Shown: positions 49,276 to 62,035, numbered from the stretch's first letter. The stretch: 64,000 bases of DNA from Camelus dromedarius (GCF_036321535.1 NC_087442.1:63922001-63986000), one strand, 5' to 3'. The notes: generated by a model not told the origin, from the letters alone. Translations and numbers: made by a program.

Positions 49276-49463
49276 TTTTTTTCTTAATTGAAATATTGTC
49301 AGTTTACAATGTTGTGATAATTTCTGGTGTACAGCATAGTGATTCAGTTATACATATATGTGTGTGTGTGTGTATATATATATTCCTTTTCATATTCTTT
49401 TCCATTACAGGATATTACAAGGTATTGAATACAGTTCCCTGTGCTTTACAGTAGGACCTTGCT
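49276..49463 (-). mobile_element. 5'-truncated L1 3' end of laurasiatherian/artiodactyl type, with internal (TG)n(TA)n
   Basis: ttttttcttaattgaaatattgtcagtttacaatgttgtg...ggtgtacagcatagtgattcagttatacat...ttcatattcttttccattacagg...gtattgaatacagttccctgtgctttacagtaggacctt. Confidence 0.85.
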
Positions 49464-50184
49464 GACCTCTTCTCCAAGAGATCCCCCACACACACTGAAA
49501 AAGTAAGATAAGCATATAATTGTGTGGGCAATTAATGTTAACTAAAACTAACTTGACCTATCAGAACAAACATCAAGTAGCATGTATCAACTAATTTTCT
49601 TCACATATTTAAGTACTTTTTAATTTTTTCTTAACAGTCAGCATGTCCATCCAACACTTCTTTTTACTGGGAAAATGTTTGATTCTTTTAACTCCATTTT
49701 GGTATTCTGAAAGAATTAAGAGTATCATAACAGTCATCAATTTTGTTTCAAACATATAAGTCCTCTCTAAAATTTTTATTCTGAAATTATTTCTTGTTTG
49801 TAGAAAATCTCACAAGGAGAGTTCAGCTTTATATCAGTTCAGAGACACCATGTGACATGTGGAAAGTTAAAAGAAGAAAGCCACACTGTAAATGTGCTGA
49901 AATCTAGTATTTTATTAAAAGATTTTTAACACCATAGAGAATGTAAAAGGTTCCCCCTCTTTCCATGACAATTTTTGTCATGTTTATAGAGACTGTAAAT
50001 ATTAGAGCTAAAGAGTGCTTCAACTAGGCCATGTCTTCTTGTTTAATAAAAAAAGAGGGGAGGAGAATGAAACTGCCATTATTCCCGAAGTTATCCTCCA
50101 CTTTAAATCTCCCTTGAGCTCTCAACCCCTCCCAGCTTCACTTCTCTGTTCCCTTTATACCAGAATTCTTCAATGCCTCTTCTG

Positions 50185-50302
50185 TCATTTTTGTTTTTTT
50201 GGTTTTTTGGCTTTTTAAAAAAATAGAGATATAACTGACATACAACATTTTATTAGTCTTAGATTTATAATATAATGTGTGTACACACGTATGTATGTAA
50301 TG

Positions 50303-50333
<31 letters not shown>

Positions 50334-50410
50334 GTAAAGGTAACTATAAATAATAACCACACATCAGTCATGATAATGATTTTTTGACACCAAAAGTAAA
50401 TGCAACAAAA
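50185..50410 (-). mobile_element. L1 3' end fragment with (TA)n, followed by a short oppositely oriented L1 ORF2-like piece
   Basis: T-rich tail, gagatataactgacatacaacattttattag..., then gattttttgacaccaaaagtaaatgcaacaaaagcaaaaat. Confidence 0.6.
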
Positions 50411-50414
50411 GCAA

Positions 50415-51780
50415 AAATCCCCTTCCTTTCTTAAACTCATTTTAAACAGGCTTCTGTCCTCTCCACTCCACCAGTGGTCAGCAATGGCCTCCACTCCGCC
50501 AATCCATGAGCACTTCCCTGGACCTCTCAGCTGCAACTGACAAAATTGATCACCTCCTCCATCCATGAACTTGTTCTTCACTTAGGCTCCAAGGCTAGTT
50601 TTCTTCCTACCTCACTGGCTCTGCCTTCTCAGTCTCCTCTGCTGGAGGATTCTCTTTCCAACCTCTAAAGATAGAGTTGTCCCAGGACTGGAACCTTGGA
50701 CCTCTTTTTATTTCTGTCTACATTCCCTCCTTAGACGATCTAAAAGTCATGATTTAAACGGTTTAAATACCAAAAATATACTGAGGGTTCCCAAACTTAC
50801 ATCTTTAGGACCCACCTTTCCTTCATCATCAGATTCATATATAGCCTACCACTTATATGACAATTCTTTTCAGATACGCATTAGGAATCTCAAACTTAAA
50901 AAGTCCAAAACCAGATTTCTGATTCCATACCTTCCCAACCTTGCTCCTCGCCGCCCCCACATATTCTCCATCTCAAAAAGTGGCCCTACCATTAATACAC
51001 TCAATGTCTCCTGTCCAAAACTTGAGAATCCTTGATTGCTCTGCCTGATATCCTACAGCCAATCCAACAGCTAGTTCTCTTGGCTCTACTTTCAGAACAT
51101 ATCCAAATCCAACCACTTGTCAGCTTCTCCACTACTTCCATGCTAGTCCAAGCCACCACGTACCACAACACAACAGCTGGATAATCACAACAGCTCCCTA
51201 CCTTGTCTCTCTGTTGCTACTCTCCCTGCCCCAGTCTATACACAACAACCAGGATTTTTAAAATTTTCATTGCCCTGCTCAAAACCTCAGTTTCTAATCT
51301 AGAATAAAAAGCTACATCCTAACCACAACCAGCAAGGCGCTGCCTTTCTGACTTTCTCACCAGTCCCCTTGTTCACTGTATCTAAATTCCTTCCTGTTTC
51401 TTAAGAACATTAAACCCCTCTATATCTCAAAGTTGCTGCACCCTCTTCCTCCAGATGGTCTCATCGTTTGCTTCCTCCCTTATTACAAATCTGCACTCAA
51501 CCATCACCTCTGAAATACCTTTCCTGACCATTTTATTAACACTCCCCTCCATGTCTCTCTTTCCCCTTGCCTTGCTTTGGTTTATATTCTTTTTACTTCT
51601 GCCTGACCATTATATTATATTTCTGTTTATTATCTGCTTGTCATCCCCACTTACATAAAAGTCCCACAATGACAGGGATTTCTCTGTCTCACTCACTCTT
51701 AAATCTCCAGGGCCAAGAATGAGTCCTGGCAAATAGGAGGTGCTCAAAAAAATATTTGTTGAATGAATACATGAATGAAT
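50415..51780 (+). mobile_element. Long L2 (L2a-like) fragment ending at the L2 3' terminus
   Basis: ggacctctcagctgcaactgac...catcttcttcctacctcactggc-like body, tctcaaacttaaaaagtccaaaacc, cttggctctactttcagaacatatcc; ends cctggcaaataggaggtgctcaaaaaatatttgttgaatgaatacatgaatgaat. Confidence 0.88.
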
Positions 51781-52019
51781 CATTTCTAAACTCTTACTCA
51801 TTTCTTACTGGAATAGAGAACATATGTTTCAATTGTTTATTACTTTAATACATGTGGTAAAATGCCAAAAGGAGCCGTTAAATATTTTTCAAGTTATATT
51901 TTTAAAGCCTTATAATGTTAACAAGGGGATTTTTAGACAGAACAGCCAGCGTGGCACAACAAATGAAGTGGGAAATATTCTAACATACTTATGGGAAAGT
52001 AGGTAGTTCCCTACAGGAC

Positions 52020-52215
52020 GTCTGGGGAAAGCTGAGGGAGAAGAAAGCAGGAAAGGTGAAAGATAAGGCTTGGAATAAGGCTGAAAGCAGACAAAGGACA
52101 ATCATGAAGGGTAGGACATGTTATCCCGAGTTTTGAGTGTTATCCTGAGGCAACAGGGAGTCATAAGCAGGGAAACAGCAATCAGAATTTCATTTGAAAA
52201 AAATACTCTGGTCAC
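52020..52215 (-). mobile_element. L2 fragment
   Basis: gagttttgagtgttatcctgaggcaacagggagtca...taagcagggaaac...tcagaatttcatttgaaaaaaatactctgg. Confidence 0.55.
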
Positions 52216-54787
52216 ATAAGATTATTTAACCCACATAACCATGTCTGTTTTTAGCTGTAGTAGCAATTTTGCTGCTGAAGGTCCATACAGAAATAAGACG
52301 TGCCACATAAGTCTTCAAAAATTATTCAACCCCTTATCATTCATATCTAAAAGGTATTCTTAGATTCTTGCTCACAAACCTTTAACTAATTTTCCCAAAG
52401 AAACATTTTCTCAGCATGTTCCTATTTGGATATCTTCAACTTTCAATCAATTAGCTCTCCAATTCAAGAACACTTACATGGCAGTTTTTAATTAATGCAC
52501 AGAGTCTCTTGTATACACAGTGAATCAGTTAACTTACAATACTAAATGTTAATACTATATTAGGTAGTGAAATATTCAACAAGAAAATTCAATTATGGTT
52601 TTTGTAATAAGTGAAAAACTGGCATCTGACCACTCAGATACCAAAACAGTCTAAAGTTTATCCCATACAAACTTCAAATTAAAGTAAAAGAGAGTTCAGT
52701 TGGTCTAGACAAGAGGCATATAAAGTCTTTTTAAGATTAAAACAGAAGTCTGACTTTAATATTCAAGAAGCAAAAGGACTTTAATATTCAAGGAAGTAAA
52801 ATAACTCAAATAGATGAGCAATGTGTGCTATCAGAGGCAGCTTAAATAACTTCTCTCTGCTTAGTAAGCAGGTTTATGATTAATACCAAGTCAGAGGGGG
52901 ACCAGAAAGGGAATCATTGGGAAGAATGAACAAAGGTAGAAGACGCAAAGTCAGTGACCAAGTGGATATTCTCTCACTGGGACTTCTTCATGTGTGCTTG
53001 GGACAGCCACTGAATTGAGTCTAGGGACAAAGAAGCAACACAGCACAGTTAGGCTGTAACACAAAACAGTTCAATTTCTGCCCTCCTGATCCACTTGCCT
53101 AATGAGCCTTTCCCAGAAGATCCCGACAATACAACCATGAGTGTATATGGTGTTATAGGGAAAGCCAAAAAGAAAGGAATCTGCACAGCTATCCACAAGA
53201 CTCAAATCGCAGGAGAATGGGGAAAAGAGGTCTGTTCTCAGCTGGGAACACTCAAGAGTGGGTGTTAATCTTGGCCCATTTCCTCCAACTCTATGTGGGC
53301 ATCACAGAGTAAGGTCTATTCCAGGACTCAACGCCCGTTTATATAACTTATACAACTTTTGTTCAATAAATATTTAAGTGTGAAGGAGCATAGATGTTTT
53401 AAATTTTAAAAATGACCTTTAGACATCAACCTTAATATTTACATTCCACAGAAGTCATCACATTTTAAATACCTTTGGGAAGAAGACACAGAGCAACCAG
53501 TTCAAAATGGGAAAATGCAAATATGCACAAAATTTAAACACTTCCTATAACAGCATGAAAATCGGGCTTTTCACACACAGGCTAAATGAACTATTCTTTC
53601 CTTCATGTGCCTCACAGTTTAATGCACCTTTTCGCAATACATCCCACCAGCGACAGAACCCTGCTGGCAAAAATGCTTCTCTCTGGGGAGAATTTTTTTT
53701 TAACTTCATAGAAAAAAAAAAAAAGGCCTTGAATTTAAAACAGCTTTTCTTTCACATTATAACAGTGCAGTGACCTCTATGCAAAATATAATGAAAAATG
53801 CAAGTCAGTGCTATCAGGTAGAAAATGAAACCAGGGTTTGTGTCTATAACGATATCAGATCTATAACTTTAGAGTTCACACAACTGAAACACAGAAAATA
53901 TAAAGTAATTCTATGTGTGTAGGAACCCCTCCTGATTGTGATCTCTCTCAAGGGAGACCCATATACTACTGGGAAGCCAATTCTGATTACCAGACTTCTT
54001 ACCAGATTTCCTGTATTGTCAAAACAGATATATAGAAAATGCTGGTGGAGTCAACAACAACAAAAAAAAGTTTAAAAAAATAGTACATAGACACTACTTG
54101 CTACAATATTCCGATAAAATTTCCATCCCAGAGTAAATTCAGAAATTATTTCAATAAAAAGGGCATCAGACTGAGATTCAGAAAGAAAAAGCCCAGTCTA
54201 ACTTGCAAAGTTAATGGCTAATAGTTCATAAATGCTTACTGACTTAACTACAGAGCTGTATGATCATGGGCAGGAAGGAGGTATTGAGATCATTCTCTTT
54301 CATAAAAGCCAGCCAATGTAGCAATGAGGAGGAGTGCTCAGTGGTTGACTTTATGATCTAAGATGCAGCAAGGAAGTATAGCCCTTTGTCCATTTCTCCA
54401 AACCTGTGAATGGTAGTCTGAAATAGCTGAAAATACCACCTGGGGCTTAAACTGAAGGACAGACTCTCTTCCCGCAACTATGAGAAGGATCACCTTTATC
54501 CAGAAGGCTATAAAAAACACTGAAAGGGATTTAGCAGTGAGGGGCAATTCACGTTCGAGTTTTAAAGAGATTGCTAGCCAGAATTTTGAGAATGCATTTT
54601 TAGAAGTACAGAATGAGTCTCATAATGAAGCCAGATAAGACACTACTGTAGCAGTACAGGTGAGAGATGAAAACTAAGACTGAGTTTTCAGGACCCAGGA
54701 CTAGACTGAATCCTGACAGGCATAGAAAAGAAATTTGAGACACTTAGCAAAAGAAATCAACAGGGTGAGTATGTGAAGGAGAGGAAG

Positions 54788-54790
<3 letters not shown>

Positions 54791-54838
<48 letters not shown>
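54791..54838. repeat. Pure (CTG)16 / (CAG)16 trinucleotide repeat, followed by (GAT)n
   Basis: 48 uninterrupted nt of CTG; (CAG)16 on the CDK14 sense strand. Confidence 0.98.
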
Positions 54839-54846
<8 letters not shown>

Positions 54847-54849
54847 TTT

Positions 54850-55070
54850 TACAACTAGTACTATTATCACTAAACGTACTGTGTTTCAACATGTCAGTCA
54901 CTGTACTAAATGCTCATTAATATTATCTCATTTAATCCTATCAACATCCAGGAGTGGAATACTATTTTTCTCCCCATTTTATATATGAGAGAAATAAAGA
55001 TTAGAAAGGTTGAAAAGCATATCCAAGGTCACATTCAGTGGTAGAGCCAGGATTTAAGCCTGAATCTGTA
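54850..55070 (-). mobile_element. MIR
   Basis: cactgtactaaatgct...tctcatttaatcct...ccccattttatatatgagagaaataaagattagaaagg...ccaaggtcaca...gtggtagagccaggatttaagcctg. Confidence 0.8.
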
Positions 55071-56264
55071 GGTCAAATTTTTCCTTAAACTCCCAGGATT
55101 CTGAATTTGTGGGTAACTGGAAAGCATTATTTACCTAAATTACCTGATCTTTTTATTAGACATCTTAATTCCATACTCTTTTTCATATTCTGTTTTTCCT
55201 GTGAGTATCTGGAGGGTGCAATCTTTCAGTCATGCTAGTCTCTCCTTAACTCATGGCACATGATGGGCACCATGTTGGCCTCTCACACAAATAGAGATAT
55301 TCTGTACTTCTGTCTGAGCTCGAGGGACTTGTTCCTATAGATGCTCTGGGATTAAACTATGTAGAGTCCTCAGTCCAACACACTTTTATCTTCTAATGCA
55401 GGAACCAGATAATCTACACTTCCTCTTTGCCTTTAGTGCTTTTTACTTTTCCCCAAGTTGATACAAGATCTGAGTAATTCTGATATTTATCTCCTGACCT
55501 ACAAATGCAGGAAGTACCCAACATCATGCTGCCTATCAAAGTCTAATGCCTATGTGTACATACTGGGCCTCACAATGAGAAAATTAAAATATTCCAAGTT
55601 GCAGGCATAGAAATTTATTTTATCACTTCTGAAAATGCGCTCTCCAATACACTATCTCCTAGTCAGACAATGTGGATGGTTACAGAGAGAGTAGGGTGTA
55701 ACACTGTGCTGGAGGAATCCATTAGGTTTTGGTCAATAATAAATGCCTTTGAGAGATTTAAGGTGTCATACCTCCTGCCTTCTGTGCAGCTCACTGGCTT
55801 GGGGGGATAATAAAAACTCCCAAGTTACTATCAAACCAAATTGGTTTTTGTCTTCTTGTAAGATACCTAAAGGGTCTCAATAATTGTGAGAAGGAGTCCT
55901 AGCTCCATGAGTGCTGTCTGAAAACACAGCAGAACTCCTAAGCACTATCTGCTCTATAGCCTCACCTTCAGAGAGGCTTTACATATAGAAATGGTTTAGA
56001 CTGATTCATGCTTTCCTTTTTAAGGATCATTAAATGTAAAATTTGAAAAGGTTCTTCGGCATTTTTGTTGTACCAGCACCAAGACAGTCAACAGGCTTTC
56101 TCTTTTTAGGGGGTGGGGGGTAGACTTTTACTTTATCTGGAACCTTACGGTTACTTCACATGCTCTTTAATGAATATCGTGGTTCAAATAGAGACTGAAG
56201 GGGAGCTGTAACAGCTTTATGATGACACAGAATGATCATTCTAGGTGAGTTACTATTTTATTTC

Positions 56265-56505
56265 ATACTGGTGAAGACTGTAGACTCAGAAACTAAACTG
56301 CCTTGTTTCATATCACGATTCTAATATTTACCAGCTGTGGGACTTCCAGCAAGTTCCTTCACCTCTCTGAAGTTTCCTCATCAGAAAATAGAGAATAACA
56401 GTACAAATCTCAGACAGTTGTTGTAAGAATTAAACTAGCTGATCTTTGTAAAGGACTTAGAATAATGCCTTGAACTTGGTAAACACTACATATGTGTTTA
56501 TTACA
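56265..56505 (+). mobile_element. MIR, near full length
   Basis: gactcagaaactaaactgcc...tttaccagctgtgggactt..agcaagttccttcacctctctg...agtttcctcatcagaaaata...gttgttgtaagaattaaa...gtaaaggacttagaataatgcct. Confidence 0.85.
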
Positions 56506-56604
56506 TAAAAAAAAAATAGCTCTGGCCAAATACTGAATTTTTGCCAATGTACTAAGCAGTAAGATGGAAAATCCAATTACAATGTGCCCAAAAGCTAATT
56601 AACC

Positions 56605-56779
56605 NNNNNNNNNNNNNNNNNNNNNNNNNNNNNNNNNNNNNNNNNNNNNNNNNNNNNNNNNNNNNNNNNNNNNNNNNNNNNNNNNNNNNNNNNNNNNNNN
56701 NNNNNNNNNNNNNNNNNNNNNNNNNNNNNNNNNNNNNNNNNNNNNNNNNNNNNNNNNNNNNNNNNNNNNNNNNNNNNNN
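56605..56779. other. Assembly gap (N x175)
   Basis: Run of N. Confidence 1.
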
Positions 56780-57284
56780 TACTCTTAAATAAATGCATTA
56801 TTCCCTGTTCAGGAGATATATATGAAAATGTGCTAAATCTATACATTGTATAGAAAACAAATACAAGGAGGATTTAGTCCATTTATTATTACACTCCCTT
56901 CTAAGTAGATAACGTTGGTTACTCTATTTGTGCAAACACAAACATGTACTTTTTTACTTGCCTACCTAAATTTAAGTAACATGACCACCAAAGAATAAAT
57001 TTATCTTTGAAAATTAACAGAGTAATAATTCATCATTGGGAACTTTCATGGAATAGTTCTCTTAGAAAGAAAAATACATACATATCAAACCTAGAAACTA
57101 TAAAATCTGAATTTTTTTATTTTACAATGTATTTTTAGTAATGGAAAAATTATAGTGGTCAGCAAAAATCACATAGCTGTATTTGTCAAGATCCATACAT
57201 CTCTAAAGAACTCACAAAGCAGGGCAAGAGAGGTAGCAATGGGAACAAAATGTGCCCAAAGGCATACTCAATTAGTCTTCAGAA

Positions 57285-57361
57285 TTCTTCCTTCCTTCCT
57301 TCCTTCCTTCCTTCCTTTCTTTCTTTCTTTCTCTCTCTCTCTCTTCCTCCCCCCCCTTCTC
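57285..57361. repeat. Polypyrimidine tract (TTCC)n(TTTC)n(TC)n
   Basis: ttcttccttccttccttccttccttccttcctttctttctttctttctctctctctctcttcctccccccccttct. Confidence 0.95.
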
Positions 57362-57664
57362 TGAGATAATCTGAGAAGGAATAGTGATTACATACTTTAG
57401 ATACCTAAGATAGCAACGATTGTCTTTAATCACACTAACTCTGTTCACTATGTATCAGTATATTAAGGTTTCACTGAACTTTCAATTCTGTGTTCTCTTG
57501 CATATTGCAGTTTTATACCCACACACAGCACTATCCTTTAAAAGGAGCTTTTAAACATTTTGTACTCAGTCTAATTCCAGAAATGACTTTTAAGATGAAT
57601 AGTGAAATACTTAGAATATAGCAAGATAAAATAAAAATTTTAATAGCTAAATGGGAAATCTGAT

Positions 57665-59800
57665 TTAACATGGCAGATTAACCACTCAGACCTTCTGTCC
57701 CCTCTCCCTCTCAAAACACACGCTGGTAAAGGAACAGAAAGGGTGTAAACCCGCTAGGACAAAGAGAAAGTCAGAAACATTTCAGCAATGCTGGAGGAGC
57801 AATCACTGGTTTGACAGAGCTTAGAAAGCTGCTGGTCAAGGACCTGTTGAGGGGATACTGATGAGATGTGAGTCAATTCAAACATAAAGCTCAACCAAGG
57901 ACCGACTGAGGAGCAAAGCTGTAAGCGGAAACCCCTTGCCACGTTATTCTCGGAAGACACTGATCTTTAGAGGCTTGAAGATCAGAGTTATCATCAAGGG
58001 AAAAGTGGACTAAGAATCAGGACTGAACACAGGGGAATAAGTGAAAACTTGGAAACTGAAAAAACACAAGGACTGTCAGATCTACTCCCTTGATCTACTC
58101 CCACATAGGGGGCCCAATTTCCCCATCTAAAACGCTGAAAGAGTCTCCTCTGGAAAAATAAACCCTTCTTTAAAAAAAAAAAAAAAAAAGTCTTCACACA
58201 CTGACATTTATGAGTCCCCTGCTTGCCATTTCATCACCACAAGCCAAAACGACCTGCCAATAAAATGTACACACAGAGAGAGGTACTAATCATGTCAGGT
58301 CTTACTCTTAAAAAACACTTGATAGAGAATGATAACTATACATTTAAGAGAAGCCTCCAACAAATAAGAGAACATAAAAAATAAACAAACAAAAAAAAAA
58401 GAGGAGTCTATTACTAACAAAGACATTGCACAGAACACAATACTTTAAAAGTAAAGAGAAACTTCTTATTTAAAAAATTACATTTAATATTCTGTAAAGA
58501 ATAATTTAAACACAGAAAAAACAAATAGAATCTAAATTTAATATCTTCAGAGAAAGAAGAGACATCGTATAAGAACTCAATGCTATGTAAAAGAAATCAT
58601 CAGTGACCAAGAAAGAGATCCTTGACATTAAAAATAAAATTAACAATTAAAAATTTAAAACAAGGTGTTGGAAAACAAAGTCAAGGAAATCTCCTAGAAA
58701 ACAGAAACAAAAGACCAAAGAATGGGAAATGCAAGTGAATAAATAAAAATATTAGAATACCAATCCCATAATCCAGTAGACCCAAAAATCTAACTAACAA
58801 GGGTTTCAGAAATTATAGGGAAAACTGAAGAGAGGTGACTAGAAAAGTAATAAAACCAAAAAGCTTCCTGGAATGAAAAGTCTTCAGATTCATCGTAGAA
58901 CCAAATGTGGGTTACAAGTCTCCAGATTCAATGAGCTCACCAAGTGCTCAGCACAATGAATGAAACAGAAGAGACCTACTATAAGGAAAATTACTATGGA
59001 ATTGTACCATACCAGAAACAGTAATATACAAAAGACCCCAAGAGCATACAAAGAAAAAAATTTAAGATACATATACATATATCTAATTAGCAATTACAAT
59101 GGCAAAGAGTTTTTAAAAGTAAAGATGGAATCTGGAAAACAATATAGAGCAATGATTTTTAAATTCTATAGGAAAAAATTATTTTCAACATAAATTCTAT
59201 ACCCAGCCTAACTAACATTTAAGTGTGAGAACAGAAATAAAGGTAGCATTAGCCATTTAAGAACAAAAACTTAGCATCCTATATGCCTTTCCTCAGGAAA
59301 CTACTTAGTGTTCTATTAAACAAGAAAGCACGAGTCATGGAATCTTAATTCAGACAATCCAACATGACAGAGCACTGGAGAAAGTCCCAGGGTAATGAAG
59401 ATTCTTCAGGCCTAAGGGATGAGCCACCTAGCCTGGAGCTGGAAAAGTGGGAGCCATGAGACAGAGGTCCCCCAAAAGCACTTAATCATTTAAAATAGTG
59501 TCATCACATTTTGCAGGTGAAAAGAAGGAAAGGGACTTAGAAAAGTACCAAATTGGGCAACAAAGTGTAAATTATTAACTCAAAACAAAGAGTTACACAA
59601 GAATGGCAACAAATCACAGTATATATCACTGCACTGGACAGTGAATACTAACACAGTCTTCATTACAAAAATACACATTACTTATAAATAAGAATAGTGA
59701 TATAAGCTAAAAACAGCGTGAAAAGAGTTGAAAGTCATCATCTACACAGAGTAAAGACTAAGAGATGAAAATGGGGAACTATAGGTATAATGGGAAATAG
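57665..59800 (+). mobile_element. Degenerate old L1M/L1ME 5' end and ORF1 region
   Basis: aacatggcagattaaccactcagacc...ccctctccctctc 5' end; A-rich ORF1-like remnants (ccagtagacccaaaaatctaactaacaagggtttcaga; aatgattttaaattct...tagaattctatacccagcc-like segment). Confidence 0.6.
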
Positions 59801-59909
59801 CTGTGTTTTTTTCACAATCAGCTAATATTTAGTAGGATTTGACATTTTAATGCTTTGTGCACGTATGTCAGATTTTTTTAAAGTAATCTTTACAGATAAG
59901 TAGATGAGA

Positions 59910-60102
59910 GGGAGGCAGAAATGGGGGACTGCTGTCCAATAGAGTTTCTGTTTCGCAAGAAGAAAAGGTTCTAGAGATATGTTACACAACAATGTGAACA
60001 GAGTTAACACAACTTGACCGTACACTTAAAAAAAGTTAACATGGTAAATTTTACGTTATATGTTTTTTTTACCACAATTGAAAAATAAAATTAAATTTAA
60101 AA
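59910..60102 (+). mobile_element. Short 5'-truncated L1MA/MB 3' end with TSD
   Basis: agagtttctgtttcgcaagaagaaaaggttctagagat...caacaatgtgaac...acacttaaaaaagttaacatggtaaattttacgttatatg...accacaatt; TSD ataagtagatgaga (59896-59909) / ataagttcatgaga (60103-60116). Confidence 0.85.
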
Positions 60103-61149
60103 ATAAGTTCATGAGAAAATTGAGTTGGAAGAAAGCATTTCACATTTGCTAGACAATAAATTTGACTGTAAGCTTTTTAGCAGCCATGATATGTAGTGTC
60201 TATAAAAATTTAAAAATTTTCAAGAGAATTATAACTAAATCCTGATATGGGAAACAAGGAGATTTTGTGGCAAGGATTCCTCCAATTAAAGAATTACACG
60301 AATATAGCAATATGCCTCATTTACTTTAAAAGAATCTGTTGGGAGTTAACAGATTTTGAATATATAATATCTATTTCAGAGAAATAAAAAGGTATTAAAT
60401 GCCTAGTAGCAGTTCCTGCAGACCCCCCGCTACTCCTGGCCCCAGAGACAGGAACAGTCATGGCGCCTGGCAGACGTGGGACAGGTGGCAGAGGATAAAT
60501 AAGGCCCAGCCCCTTCCCCAGCACAGATTCCAACAGGCAGAGCCGTATGCACTTTCATCTGTATACGTCATTAGTCTACTAATGGGTTTAAGACCAAACT
60601 TGGCACATGAAAAGTTATTGGCTTGTAAGGAGTACCAATGCACAATGTGCCAAAGCAGAGGTTGAATAATTAAAGTCAATATCTAAAAATTGAGAATCTC
60701 TTTAAGACTAGTTTTCCTTAGTGGCTTACAAGCTAGTTTTGAATTAATATAAGAACAGAATTCCAAAAACATTTGAGCAATTATGGCATGATTGTGGGAT
60801 AAACACATAGCTCACCAATGCAGATTATACTTAAAAGTCCCTAAAAGATAAATATGTAAAGGAATGTCTGGGTGTATTTGTCTAAAACCAAGCCAGTAAA
60901 ATAAACAAAAAGTTACACACTTGCCTTATTTTAAAAAGGGGAGTGGTAGATGGAACAATGTCATAAGGAGGTGCCAGAAATATGGTTTCCTAAATATTTG
61001 CAATCAAGTGAATCTTTAAATCTTTAAAATAATTCCAAATGTAAACATGCATATATCTCTCAAGTTGGAGCATTCCATATCTCATTTTCTTGTCTTTTTA
61101 ATACCTTTAAGTGCAACACTCATGTGCTATGGATTATGTGCAGAAACCT

Positions 61150-62035
61150 GCACCTTTCCCCTCAAACTTAACACATATGAAACTAAACTGCTGATTCCCT
61201 GCCCTACAACAATCCAGAAAGAGACTCCTCTAACAGTCCTTCCAAAGGTCAGTTAGTGGTAATTCCATCATTCAAGTTATTCAGACCCAAAGCTTTGATG
61301 ATTCTAATCTGTTATCCCATCTGTTAGTAAATCCTGTTGACTCTGCCTTCAAAATAAAGCAAGACTCCAACAACTTCTCAATATCTCCAGATATCACCCT
61401 AGTTGGATGGTGATGGAATCCACCACCATCTTACAGATTACTGCTGGAGCCTCTCAGTTGGGCTCCTACTGCTGCCCTCTACTCTCCTTTCTCAGAATAG
61501 CTCACGAAGTGATTCTTTTAAAATGGAAGCCAAATCACTCTACTCCACTGAAAAACTACTAATGGTTTCCCATTTCATTAAGAGTAAAAGCCTGTTTTAC
61601 AGTGGCCTACGAGGCCCTGTGCAGTCTTGCTTATTTTTCTGACCTCATTCTTACTACTCTGTCCTTTGTCCACTCTGTTCCACCCACAAAGACCTCCCTG
61701 CTTCTCCCTCTACCTGAAATACTCTTCCCCCACGCATTCACATGGCTCACTCCCTCATGGCTTCCAAATCTATGCTCAAAAGTCACATTTTCTGTTTTCT
61801 TCAACCATTCTAATTAAAATGACCAACTTTCCTATATACTCCCTTGCTTTCTTTCTCCCCATAGTACTTACCACCATCAGACAAACAAAGTCTACCTATG
61901 GGTTTATGACCAGCCTCACTTCACAATTCAGTTCCATGGGGGCAGGGATCTGTGTCTGTTTTGTTACTGCTGTACTGTCATTGCTCAGAACTGTGATAAA
62001 CACATTCTAGATTTTCATAAATATTTGTGCATGAA
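61150..62035 (+). mobile_element. L2 fragment with 3' end
   Basis: ctcaaacttaacacatatgaaactaaact...aaatcctgttgactctgccttcaaaat...agtggcctacgaggccctg...ggggcagggatctgtgtctgttttgttactgctgta...cataaatatttgtgcatgaa. Confidence 0.85.

Noticed and set aside
54701-54988. PolyQ and polyL ORFs
   Set aside because: Translations of the (CTG)16 microsatellite and adjacent MIR; no splice or homology support.
880-60116. Strong antisense orientation bias of L1 relics
   Set aside because: Fragments occur in both orientations, and there are too few to support a bias.
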